From assembly GCA_902600225.1 (NCBI GenBank), contig CACKIH010000005.1:5327-69326 (forward strand): a stretch of 64,000 nucleotides of DNA, written 5' to 3'. Under the pieces are notes generated by a model. It did no database searches. It saw nothing but the letters and a program-made list of their open reading frames with translations, and was not told the origin of the DNA. Positions 37,242 through 46,464 of this stretch are shown piece after piece. The first letter of the stretch is position 1; the number at the start of each line of letters is the position of its first letter. Made by a program: the position numbers and the translations under genes. The DNA is from an uncultured Alphaproteobacteria bacterium (GTDB lineage: Bacteria; Pseudomonadota; Alphaproteobacteria; HIMB59; GCA-002718135).

Positions 37242-37805
37242 ATGAAATTATATCTTATTAGACATGCAGAGTCAGAAGCTAATGCAGCATCAGATTTAGA
37301 TAACCCAACTTATTATTATGATGCAAGAATTACTCAAAGAGGAGTTGAGCAAGCAAAAAAATTAAATAATAGAATTAAAAATCTCAAATTTGATAATTAT
37401 TTTTGTTCCCCCTTAACAAGAACATTGGAAACATTCTCTATTGTTTTTCCATCTAATAAACCTGTAATTGAACCTTTAATAAGAGAACATTTGTACCACT
37501 CATGTGATGTAGGAAGACAGCCAAAAAAATTAAAAAAAGAATTTAATGATTTTGATTTTAATAATTTAAATGATTTTTGGTGGAATAATAACAAACCTAT
37601 TAATGAAAAAAAAATTATACAAGAGTCTCACAATGATATTAAAATGAGATTAAGGTATTTTCTGCTATCTATCAAAAACCTTAATTTACAAAAAATTGTA
37701 TTAGTCAGTCATGGTACATTCTTAAGTCAAATAACTGAATATATGTTGGATAACTGTGAGATATACGATTGTGAGTACAATGAGGTATACGAAAAATTTT
37801 TTTAA
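37242..37805 (+). CDS. histidine phosphatase (phosphoglycerate mutase-like) family protein
   Basis: 187 aa with an N-terminal LIRHAESEAN catalytic motif and a distal SHG. Confidence 0.75.
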   Translation: MKLYLIRHAESEANAASDLDNPTYYYDARITQRGVEQAKKLNNRIKNLKFDNYFCSPLTRTLETFSIVFPSNKPVIEPLIREHLYHSCDVGRQPKKLKKEFNDFDFNNLNDFWWNNNKPINEKKIIQESHNDIKMRLRYFLLSIKNLNLQKIVLVSHGTFLSQITEYMLDNCEIYDCEYNEVYEKFF

Positions 37806-37828
37806 TTTAATTCTTAATAAATAAAAAT

Positions 37829-38596
37829 CTAAAACATCTCATTTATTATCTTATCTAATTTTTGTGTAACTCTATCAATTATTTTTTTTCCTATCTGTGC
37901 ATTGGATTTTCTAGGGTCTCCAATAATTCCACTTTTACTTAATTCTTTAGTTACCCAAGCTTTCTTAATATTTTTTTCATAAGAAATGGTTTTAGATGAT
38001 AAATAATCGGGAGATAATCTATGTTTAGAAATTTTAGATTGCCTAACTAGGTTTGGAAATAAATATAACATAATAGATGTTTCAAATTCTCCACCGTGAT
38101 AACCAAAATCTTTTTCTTTATTTGATATAATTTCTTTAAATTGATCAAATAAAAAATATGTGCCTTTTACTATGTTTACCTTAAATTCTGATTTCAATTC
38201 TTTAGCAATAATATCTATATGGCTAATTTGTCCACCATGACTATTTAAAAGTAATATATTTTTAAATTTCAATTTACATACATTTTCTAATATTGACAAA
38301 GAGTGCGATATAAATTCCAATGAATCAATACTTATTGTTCCATCAAAATCTGTATGTTCAGCAGCTGAACCAAAATATATCTCAGGCATAATTAAATATT
38401 TATTTGAATTATATTTTTTATTGAATTCTAATAATATTCCTTCAAGAATTTTTTTATCAGTATTTAATGGAAGATGCGGACCGTGTTGTTCTATTGATGA
38501 AAATGGGAAAATTAAAACTGTTTTTCTATTTATTTTTTTAATTTCATTTGTTGTTAATTCTTCCCAAAAGTTTGTTAGCATTTTTTTATTATACAT
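37829..38596 (-). CDS. creatininase-fold metal-dependent amidohydrolase
   Basis: 255 aa. The EQHGPHLPLNTD, NSHGG and HGGEFETS ligand motifs of the creatininase/ArfB/MftE fold are all present. Confidence 0.8.
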   Translation of the reverse strand: MYNKKMLTNFWEELTTNEIKKINRKTVLIFPFSSIEQHGPHLPLNTDKKILEGILLEFNKKYNSNKYLIMPEIYFGSAAEHTDFDGTISIDSLEFISHSLSILENVCKLKFKNILLLNSHGGQISHIDIIAKELKSEFKVNIVKGTYFLFDQFKEIISNKEKDFGYHGGEFETSIMLYLFPNLVRQSKISKHRLSPDYLSSKTISYEKNIKKAWVTKELSKSGIIGDPRKSNAQIGKKIIDRVTQKLDKIINEMF

Positions 38597-38609
38597 TTAT
38601 AAGTAAATT

Positions 38610-39569
38610 ATGAAATCTTATTCTTTATGGATTGATAAAAAAAAACAAGCTAAAATTTATCAAAAAAAACTTGTTTACAATAAAAATAACAAAACAGTTT
38701 TAGTTAAAACTATTTACTCAGGTATTAGCAAGGGAACTGAAAAATTAGTTTCATCTAAAAGCGTAAGTAAGGATCAATTTGAATTAATGAAAGCCCCTTT
38801 TCAAGAGGGTTCTTTTAATTTACCTATAAAATACGGTTATATAAATGTTGGGAATATTATCGATGGTCCAAGGAAATATATAAATAAAAAAATATTTAGT
38901 CTTTATCCTCATCAAGATTTATATGAAATTTCTATTCAAAATTTAATTTTTTTACCAAAAGGAAATTTGAGAAAATATGTTCTAACTGCAAATATGGAAA
39001 CAGCAATTAATATCTTTTGGGACGCTCAATCTAAAAGTAATAACAAAATTCTAATTGTAGGACTTGGCTCTGTAGGATTATTAACTGCATTTTTTTTTAA
39101 AATTAATGGATATAAAAATGTTTATGTTTTTGATAATAATAAAAATAAAAGAAAAATTGCCAACTATTTAGGATTAAATTTTATTGATATAAGAAAGATT
39201 GAGAAAATAGATGTAGCAATAAACACTACAGCTAATTATAAAGTTTTAAATTCTTTAATGGAAAAATTATCTATCGAAGGAAAAATAGTAGAAGCTAGTT
39301 GGTATGGTAAAAATAAAGGAGAAGTTGCCTTAGGTGGGTATTTTCATTCTAAAAGATTAAAAATTATTAGCTCACAGGTATCTAAAATACCAAAATACAT
39401 GAAAAATAAATATAATTTTGAGGGGAGATTAAAATTAGCAATTAAATCTTTAAAAAATTCAAAATTAGAAAAATTAATTACTAGTGAAAGTAATTTTTTT
39501 GATTTAGAAAAAGATTACTATAAAATCCTTCAAAATAAGGATACAATAATGCATCTAGTTAAATATTAA
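38610..39569 (+). CDS. MDR-superfamily dehydrogenase, BchC-like (no catalytic Zn-Cys motif)
   Basis: 319 aa. It has GISKGTEKLV where Zn-ADHs have GICGSD/H. Rossmann motif IVGLGSVGLL. Confidence 0.65.
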   Translation: MKSYSLWIDKKKQAKIYQKKLVYNKNNKTVLVKTIYSGISKGTEKLVSSKSVSKDQFELMKAPFQEGSFNLPIKYGYINVGNIIDGPRKYINKKIFSLYPHQDLYEISIQNLIFLPKGNLRKYVLTANMETAINIFWDAQSKSNNKILIVGLGSVGLLTAFFFKINGYKNVYVFDNNKNKRKIANYLGLNFIDIRKIEKIDVAINTTANYKVLNSLMEKLSIEGKIVEASWYGKNKGEVALGGYFHSKRLKIISSQVSKIPKYMKNKYNFEGRLKLAIKSLKNSKLEKLITSESNFFDLEKDYYKILQNKDTIMHLVKY

Positions 39570-39571
39570 TT

Positions 39572-39970
39572 ATGTATTCGATAAAAGTAAGAGAAAATAT
39601 TCTAATAGCTCATTCTTTACCTGGAGAAGTATTTGGACCAGCCCAAAATATGCATGGAGCTACATATTTAGTAGATGCAGAATTTTTTACTGATAAACTT
39701 AATAAATACAATATAATTATGGATTTAGGAATAGTGTCCACGACTTTAAAAGATATTCTTAAAATATATAATTATCAAAATTTAGATGAAATTGATGAAT
39801 TTAAGGGAAAAATTACCTCAACAGAGTTTTTAGCAGAGGATATTTGCAATAAGATCTTGAATAGACTAAGAAATGAATTCTCTGAAGATTACAAATCTTT
39901 AAAAAAAATTAAAATAACCTTGCAAGAATCAAATGTTGCATGGGCATCATATGAAAAAGAGGTTATCTAA
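39572..39970 (+). CDS. 6-pyruvoyl-tetrahydropterin synthase/QueD-fold protein, divergent active site
   Basis: 132 aa. IAHSL...MHGATYLVD...MDLG...YQNLDE...TSTEFLAEDI follows the PTPS pattern. HGH is replaced by HGA, and no Cys precedes it. Confidence 0.7.
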   Translation: MYSIKVRENILIAHSLPGEVFGPAQNMHGATYLVDAEFFTDKLNKYNIIMDLGIVSTTLKDILKIYNYQNLDEIDEFKGKITSTEFLAEDICNKILNRLRNEFSEDYKSLKKIKITLQESNVAWASYEKEVI

Positions 39971-40997
39971 AAATAAATCTGATATTTATTTTGTCTATCC
40001 AGGAAATATTAATGCAAAAACTGGAGGATATATTTATGAAAAAAATATCCTAGAATATGCAAAGATTAGAGATATAAATATTAGACCAATTGCTCTAAGT
40101 GAAAATTATCCTTTTCCTACAAATAACGATATAAAATATTTTCTTAACATTTTAGATAAAATTGATCCTCACTCTAAAATTATTATAGATGGATTAGCTT
40201 TAGAAGGAATGTATTCTATTTTTAAAAAAATACTTACTTATAATGTTATCGCGCTAATACATCATCCTTTATATCTTGAATTTAAAGGTCAAAGGTCAAA
40301 AAAATTCTTACGATTAGAAAAAGAAAATTTCAAAAAAATAAATAAATTTATTGTGACTTCTAAAAATACAAAAAATTTATTAATAAATGAATTTAAGGTA
40401 CTAAATAATAAAATTTCTGTAGTTGAACCTGGAATAGAAAGACTAGCAAATTATAGTTTTAAAAATAATAGTAAAATTCATCTTTTAACATGTGGAAGTA
40501 TAATAAATAGAAAAAATTATCTTTTTTTATTAAAAGTTTTAAAGCCTTTAGATAATTTTATTTTAGAAATTGTTGGTGATACTACAAGAGATATAGGTTA
40601 TTACAAAAAACTCAAAAATTTTATTTCTAAAAATTCAATGAACAGAAAAATAATATTCCATGGTACTATTTCAGATACAAAATTAGCTAAATTATATTCT
40701 AAAACAGATTGTTACATTTCGGTAAGTAAATATGAAGGTTTTGGGATGTCTTTAGCAAATGCATTAATAATTAAAAAGCCAATTATAACCTTTTTTACTA
40801 ATACTATCTTAAATACACTGGGAAAAAAGGGTGTTATTTATTTCAAAAAATTTGAAGTTAATGATCTTAGAAATATAATTATTAAAAATATATTAAATAA
40901 AAAAAATTTTAAAAAACTAAATATTGATATTTATAAAAACAAAAGATATCTTCTTACTCCTCTAGAATCAGCTAAGAAATTTGTTAATTTAATTTAA
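39951..40997 (+). CDS. GT4-family (group 1) glycosyltransferase
   Basis: About 348 aa with the C-terminal EGFGMSLANAL (E-x7-E region). The start is ATG 39951 or 39933, and both overlap the preceding gene. Confidence 0.75.
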   Translation: MKKRLSKNKSDIYFVYPGNINAKTGGYIYEKNILEYAKIRDINIRPIALSENYPFPTNNDIKYFLNILDKIDPHSKIIIDGLALEGMYSIFKKILTYNVIALIHHPLYLEFKGQRSKKFLRLEKENFKKINKFIVTSKNTKNLLINEFKVLNNKISVVEPGIERLANYSFKNNSKIHLLTCGSIINRKNYLFLLKVLKPLDNFILEIVGDTTRDIGYYKKLKNFISKNSMNRKIIFHGTISDTKLAKLYSKTDCYISVSKYEGFGMSLANALIIKKPIITFFTNTILNTLGKKGVIYFKKFEVNDLRNIIIKNILNKKNFKKLNIDIYKNKRYLLTPLESAKKFVNLI

Positions 40998-40998
40998 T

Positions 40999-41787
40999 AT
41001 GCATGAATTTCAAAATAAATGGTTAAATCTCAGAGAAACTGTCGATAGAAATTCACGAAACCAAAGAATACTATATTTAATTAATAAATTTTTTAAAATT
41101 AAAAAAAATATTAGAATAGTTGACTTAGGTTCAGGCGCTGGATCTAATTATAGATTTCTTAAGTCACGATTATTAAATAATCAATATTGGTCTTTTGTAG
41201 ACATTTCACATCAATCAACAAATTATTTTAAAAAAAATATAAAACTATCATCTAAAATAAAAAAAATTAATTTTAAAATTTTTGATGTAATTAATAATCT
41301 AGAAAAAATAAATTTTAATGATTATAATTTAGTTACAGGATCTGCTTTTTTAGATATTCTTCCAAAAACATGGTTTAAGTATTTTCATAAATTAAATGTT
41401 GATACTGAAATTGTCTACTTTGCCTTAAATTATAACGGTAATTTTAAATTTTTTCCAAAACACAAGGATGATAAAAGAATTCTTAATATTTTTAATAAAG
41501 ATCAAAAATCTGACAAAGGAATAGGGGAAGTGGCCGTTGGACCAGATTGCACTGAATTAATAAATAAAGTATTTAAAAGAACTCACAAAACATATGTTTT
41601 AGATTCTACGTGGGATGTTAGTACAAATTATAAATTTCAAATTTATTTTTTAAATTTTTGTAGAGAAATTATTCAAAAAAATCAACTTAACTTTGATGAT
41701 TGGTTAAAATTTCGTTTAAAAAGTATTAAAGAAAAAAATTCTAGATTCATTTTAAATAATACAGATTTTTTAGCTATTAAGAAATAA
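40999..41787 (+). CDS. class I SAM-dependent methyltransferase
   Basis: 262 aa with motif I, RIVDLGSGAGSN. Starts 1 nt after the GT stop. Confidence 0.7.
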   Translation: MHEFQNKWLNLRETVDRNSRNQRILYLINKFFKIKKNIRIVDLGSGAGSNYRFLKSRLLNNQYWSFVDISHQSTNYFKKNIKLSSKIKKINFKIFDVINNLEKINFNDYNLVTGSAFLDILPKTWFKYFHKLNVDTEIVYFALNYNGNFKFFPKHKDDKRILNIFNKDQKSDKGIGEVAVGPDCTELINKVFKRTHKTYVLDSTWDVSTNYKFQIYFLNFCREIIQKNQLNFDDWLKFRLKSIKEKNSRFILNNTDFLAIKK

Positions 41788-42603
41788 ATTAACAATAATT
41801 TCATTATCTAATTCATTAAAATTATGTTTTGGTCTGATAACTTTATTGAGATTTGAAATTTCTTTTAAATTTAATGAATTAATTCCGGAACCTATTAATA
41901 TTGGGGCAATCATAAATTGAAGAATATCAATATATTTATTATTTATTAATTCTGAAATAGTTTTTGATCCTCCCTCTACTAAAATATTTTTATATTTAAG
42001 TTTTTTTATTTGCGTAATTAAGTTTTTAGTAAAATTTTTTTCTTTTAATCTAATTATTGTTGAATTATTCAATCTAATATTTTTATTACTTTTTGTAAAA
42101 ATTATATTTTCATTACCGTCATTAAATATTTTATATTTGTTATTTAGTGAAAGACTGCCATCGATAATAATTCTTTTTGGATTTGTGCCCTTTATTTTTC
42201 TTGTAGTTAATAGGGGATCGTCTTTTTTAATGGTATTTGAACCTACAATAATCGCATCACTGATACTTCGTAAGCAATGAAGATAAATAATACTCTTGGG
42301 ATTATTTATGTAATGTGAATTACCATTATTTAATGCAATTCTACCATCAATACTTTGTCCTATCTGAGCTATAACTAATTTTTTATTTTTTCTTAGTATT
42401 GGGACAAGGATATTTAAAATTGATTGGTAAAATTTATTTATATTAATTTTAGATTCCAGATTATTATTTTTTAAGTAAAAGTTACTTTTTCTTTTTGAAG
42501 ATAAAGAAATACTATTGTTTTTAACCAATAAATATAAATCACTATTCTTTTTAGAATTTTTTATAAAATCTAGTAAAATTCCTATATTTTTTGATGTAAT
42601 CAT
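41770..42603 (-). CDS. RibD C-terminal-domain (pyrimidine reductase-like) protein without deaminase domain
   Basis: 277 aa. IAQIGQSIDGRIA, DAIIVGSNTIKKDDPLLT, KRIIID and VEGGSKT are present. An unrelated N-extension of about 70 aa replaces the CMP/dCMP-type deaminase domain. Confidence 0.75.
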   Translation of the reverse strand: MITSKNIGILLDFIKNSKKNSDLYLLVKNNSISLSSKRKSNFYLKNNNLESKININKFYQSILNILVPILRKNKKLVIAQIGQSIDGRIALNNGNSHYINNPKSIIYLHCLRSISDAIIVGSNTIKKDDPLLTTRKIKGTNPKRIIIDGSLSLNNKYKIFNDGNENIIFTKSNKNIRLNNSTIIRLKEKNFTKNLITQIKKLKYKNILVEGGSKTISELINNKYIDILQFMIAPILIGSGINSLNLKEISNLNKVIRPKHNFNELDNEIIVNLFLNS

Positions 42604-42639
42604 TTGTTTTTATTTCAATTATATCTATATAAAGTTTTC

Positions 42640-43761
42640 ATGAGTTTCAAATCTAATACAGGAACTATAATAGATAGAGCAATTAACGAACTTAGGACCG
42701 GAAGACCCTTAATAATTCAGAATAACAAGGAATATTGGATGTTCTTTAATATAGAGCATTCCCAAAGTAAAATTTTTAATCAATTCAATAAGCACTTAAT
42801 TGATGAAAAATATCTACTTATTACTAAACAAAAAGCTCAATCAATTTTTAATAAGAATATTAAAAGTAATATTTATTTTGAGATAAATCCCAAAACAGAT
42901 GTAAATCAAATAATAAATTTATTTGTTAATCCTCTTAGCAATAATAAAGTAATTAAATTTACCAATATTAAAAAATTCAAATCTAAAAATTTTCATAATG
43001 TTTGTATTGATCTTTCCAAAAATGCTAAAATGATACCATCGCTAGTTTTTAAAAAAATTAATAAAAAATATTACAAAAATATAAATGAATTTGGATTTAA
43101 GAATGGAATTTTAATATTCGATTACAAAGATTTATTGAAGCAAAATGAATTAATCTGTGAAAGTATTAAATTAGTTTCTAGTGCAAAAGTTCCACTACCA
43201 AAAAACGAAAATTCTAATTTTAAAATATTCAAATCATATATTGGATCTGATAAGCATGTAGCGATAATTGTTAATCCAAAAAAAATAAATAAAAAATCTG
43301 TTAATTTAAGAATACATTCAGCTTGTTTTACAGGTGATATTTTTCATTCTTTAAAATGTGATTGTGGTGAACAATTAAATCAATCAATCAATTACATGGT
43401 TAGAAATAATGGTGGAATTATATTATATTTAGAACAAGAAGGTAGGGGAATAGGATTAGCTAATAAAATGAGAGCTTATTCTCTTCAAGCAAGAGGTATG
43501 GATACAATAGACGCCGATCATAATATTGGTTTTTTAGATGATGAAAGAGATTTTAATATTGCAGCTAGAATACTGAAATTATTAAAAATAAATAAAGTTA
43601 ATCTTATTACAAATAATAAAAATAAAATTAATTCTATTAAGAAAGCTGGAATTAAAGTCGAAAATCAAATAAATACAAAGCCAACCTTGAATAAATTTAA
43701 TAAAAATTATTTTAGAACAAGAGTAAAAAAAGCTGGGTACGGTCTTAAACTAGTAGTATAA
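42640..43761 (+). CDS. ribA: GTP cyclohydrolase II with degenerate RibB-like N-terminal domain
   Basis: The C-terminal half has RIHSACFTGDIFHSLKCDCG (Zn cysteines), LEQEGRGIGLANKMRAYSLQ and DERDF. The N-terminal ~215 aa lack the DHBP-synthase acidic loop and His motifs. ATG 42640 is preferred over the TTG at 42604. Confidence 0.85.
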   Translation: MSFKSNTGTIIDRAINELRTGRPLIIQNNKEYWMFFNIEHSQSKIFNQFNKHLIDEKYLLITKQKAQSIFNKNIKSNIYFEINPKTDVNQIINLFVNPLSNNKVIKFTNIKKFKSKNFHNVCIDLSKNAKMIPSLVFKKINKKYYKNINEFGFKNGILIFDYKDLLKQNELICESIKLVSSAKVPLPKNENSNFKIFKSYIGSDKHVAIIVNPKKINKKSVNLRIHSACFTGDIFHSLKCDCGEQLNQSINYMVRNNGGIILYLEQEGRGIGLANKMRAYSLQARGMDTIDADHNIGFLDDERDFNIAARILKLLKINKVNLITNNKNKINSIKKAGIKVENQINTKPTLNKFNKNYFRTRVKKAGYGLKLVV

Positions 43762-43763
43762 TT

Positions 43764-44207
43764 ATGAAAAAAATTCCTAAGATAAAACTCCAATTAACAA
43801 ACGATAATGAGTTTGATTCATCTAAATTAAAGAATAAAATAGTTTTATTCTTTTACCCTAAGGCGTTAACTGGTGGATGCTCAGTAGAAGTTGCGGATTT
43901 TCAGAAATATTTAACAAAATTTAATAAAATTGGCTTTGATGTAATAGGAGCTTCTAAAGATCCTGTTGATCGGAATAAAAAATTTTCAGATAAGTATAAA
44001 TTGAAATATCCTCTTGGTTCGGATGAAGGAAAAAATTGTGATAAACTTGGTATTTGGATAGAAAAATCTATGTATGGTAGGAAATATTTTGGGATAGATA
44101 GATCTACATTTGTGATCGATAAAAATGGAAAAATTCTAAATTCTTGGAATAAAGTTAAAGTTAAAGGTCATGTTGAAGAAGTTTATAATTTTTGTAAGGA
44201 TCAGTAA
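43764..44207 (+). CDS. bcp: peroxiredoxin, Bcp type
   Basis: 147 aa with FFYPKALTGGCSVE (T-x-x-C peroxidatic site). Starts 2 nt after the GCH II stop. Confidence 0.8.
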   Translation: MKKIPKIKLQLTNDNEFDSSKLKNKIVLFFYPKALTGGCSVEVADFQKYLTKFNKIGFDVIGASKDPVDRNKKFSDKYKLKYPLGSDEGKNCDKLGIWIEKSMYGRKYFGIDRSTFVIDKNGKILNSWNKVKVKGHVEEVYNFCKDQ

Positions 44208-44211
44208 AATT

Positions 44212-45105
44212 CTATTTAATTTTACCGATTTCTTTTTCTCTTTTGATTACAAATAAACCACTTAATGTAATAATTATTGCACCTATAATCATATTATAAG
44301 TTGGAGTTTCACCTAGTATTAAATACCCAAAAATCATACCAAATATAATTACACTGTATCTAGCAGAGGCCGTTAACGAGAGTGGTGCATAAAAAACCGT
44401 TAATACTGAAAATAAATATCCAAATAAAACAAATACACTGGAAGCAAGAATGTAATTTATATCTTCTCCTCTTACTTGATAACCAAAAATAATTGAACCC
44501 AACCCTGCAAACCCAGTAATTAACAATGCTGTTACAAATGTAATTTCAACACTATTTGATTTAGTTGCTAAACTTTTTGTAGCAATATCTCTAATAGTCA
44601 AAAAAATAGCAGCTAAAATTGGTAACACTAAAAGATAATTAAATTGAAAATTTTGTGGATTTACAACAACTAGTACACCTAAGAAGCCAACTATAACTGC
44701 ACACCATCTTCTTATACCGACTTTCTCTCCCAAAAAAAGAAAAGCAAATATTGTCACAAAAAAAGGATTAGTCATTAAAAGTGTATAAACCTCAGATATT
44801 GGAAGTAATATTAATCCAACCAAAAAAAATAATGCCGTTAAAACTTCATATAAACCTCTTATATGAAAACTTTTGATTGATAGTATTTTAATTAAATTCT
44901 TTTTTTCGAAAAAAATTAAATATAAACCTAATAGACTTGATGTAACTAGACCTCTTAAAAAAATTACAGAATATAATGAATTGTCATCGCCTATATTTTT
45001 TACAACAAGTTTGACATAACTATCATTTATAGAGAATGATAATTGGCCAGCCATCATAAAAAGTACACCTATCGTCCCAACTGAAAATAAAATCTTGCTT
45101 TTCAT
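44212..45105 (-). CDS. EamA/DMT-family transporter
   Basis: 297 aa with 10 TM segments. Confidence 0.8.
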   Translation of the reverse strand: MKSKILFSVGTIGVLFMMAGQLSFSINDSYVKLVVKNIGDDNSLYSVIFLRGLVTSSLLGLYLIFFEKKNLIKILSIKSFHIRGLYEVLTALFFLVGLILLPISEVYTLLMTNPFFVTIFAFLFLGEKVGIRRWCAVIVGFLGVLVVVNPQNFQFNYLLVLPILAAIFLTIRDIATKSLATKSNSVEITFVTALLITGFAGLGSIIFGYQVRGEDINYILASSVFVLFGYLFSVLTVFYAPLSLTASARYSVIIFGMIFGYLILGETPTYNMIIGAIIITLSGLFVIKREKEIGKIK

Positions 45106-45129
45106 AATAAAAAAAAATATTTAACTGAT

Positions 45130-46464
45130 ATGTTACAAAGAAATACTTCCAGCCATTTATATGGATTTACTGACTTGAAGTCATTAAATGAAAGAGGCCC
45201 TTTAGTTATTTCTTATGGAAAAGGAATATATGTTTACGATACAAAAGGTAGTAAATATCTAGATGGGAATTCTGGTCTATGGAATCAGTGTGCTGGTTTC
45301 GATCATCCCGGATTAATTGAAGTTGCAAAAAAACAGTATGAAAAATTTGCAGGTTATCATTCTTTATTTGGAAGATTGTCTGAAGAAACGTTGCAGTTAT
45401 CTGAAAAAATTATTGAAGTGTCACCTTTTGATCAAGGTCGTGTATTTTTTTGTAATTCAGGATCTGAAGCAAATGACACCATGGTCAAAATGTTATGGAT
45501 GTTAAATGCAAGAATTGGAAAGCCAAATAGACGAAAAATTATAACAAGAATTAATGGATATCATGGCGTTACTTTAGGAGCTTCTTCAATGACAGCTAAA
45601 CCATACAATAAAGAGTTTGGTTTACCATCTGAAGAATTTATTCATATTGAATGTCCTCATTATTGGAAATATGGATTAGAGAATGAAACGGAAGAAGAAT
45701 TTTCTCTTAGGATGGCCAAAAATTTAGAAGAAAAAATTATCAAAGAGGGTCCAGAAACTATTGCAGGTTTTGTTGCAGAACCTGTGCAAGGAGCAGGAGG
45801 GTGTATACCTCCTTCAAAATCGTATTTTGATTTAGTTCAGCCTATTTTAAAAAAATATAATATTCCTTTTATCGCAGATGAAGTAATTTGTGGATTTGGT
45901 AGAACTGGAAATTTATGGGGTTGTGAAACCTACAATATCAAACCAGATATAATTATCTCATCTAAATGTTTAACTGCTGGGTATTTTCCTATGGGTGCAG
46001 TTATAGTTAATAAAGAATTTTCAGATAAATTTGTTGAAGTATCAGAAGAAGCAGAAGAATTTCCTCATGGTTTTACAGCTGGTGGTCATCCTGTGGGATG
46101 TGCAATTGCTTTGAAAGCAATAGATGTAATTATGAATGAAGGTTTATTAGATAATGTAAAGTTAATGGAGCCCTATTTTTTTGAAAGATTAAATGAATTT
46201 AATGATTATGAACACATTGGAGAAACTAGAGGTATAGGTCTTATGGCTGCACTAGAGATGGTAAAAAATAAAGATACAAAAGAACCTTTTGAAGGTCATC
46301 TTAATATGGGAGATAAAGTTGCTAATTTATCAATTGATAATGGCTTAATTTGCAGACCTTTAGGTCCTGCAATTGTTTTGTGTCCTCAATTCATAATTAC
46401 TAAAAATCAAATTGATGAAATATTTGATTCTCTTCACAAAACTATAAAGCAAGTTTTTAATTAA
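45130..46464 (+). CDS. class III (omega) aminotransferase
   Basis: 444 aa with SGSEANDT, DEVICGFGRTG and the SSKCLTAGY lysine region. Confidence 0.85.
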   Translation: MLQRNTSSHLYGFTDLKSLNERGPLVISYGKGIYVYDTKGSKYLDGNSGLWNQCAGFDHPGLIEVAKKQYEKFAGYHSLFGRLSEETLQLSEKIIEVSPFDQGRVFFCNSGSEANDTMVKMLWMLNARIGKPNRRKIITRINGYHGVTLGASSMTAKPYNKEFGLPSEEFIHIECPHYWKYGLENETEEEFSLRMAKNLEEKIIKEGPETIAGFVAEPVQGAGGCIPPSKSYFDLVQPILKKYNIPFIADEVICGFGRTGNLWGCETYNIKPDIIISSKCLTAGYFPMGAVIVNKEFSDKFVEVSEEAEEFPHGFTAGGHPVGCAIALKAIDVIMNEGLLDNVKLMEPYFFERLNEFNDYEHIGETRGIGLMAALEMVKNKDTKEPFEGHLNMGDKVANLSIDNGLICRPLGPAIVLCPQFIITKNQIDEIFDSLHKTIKQVFN

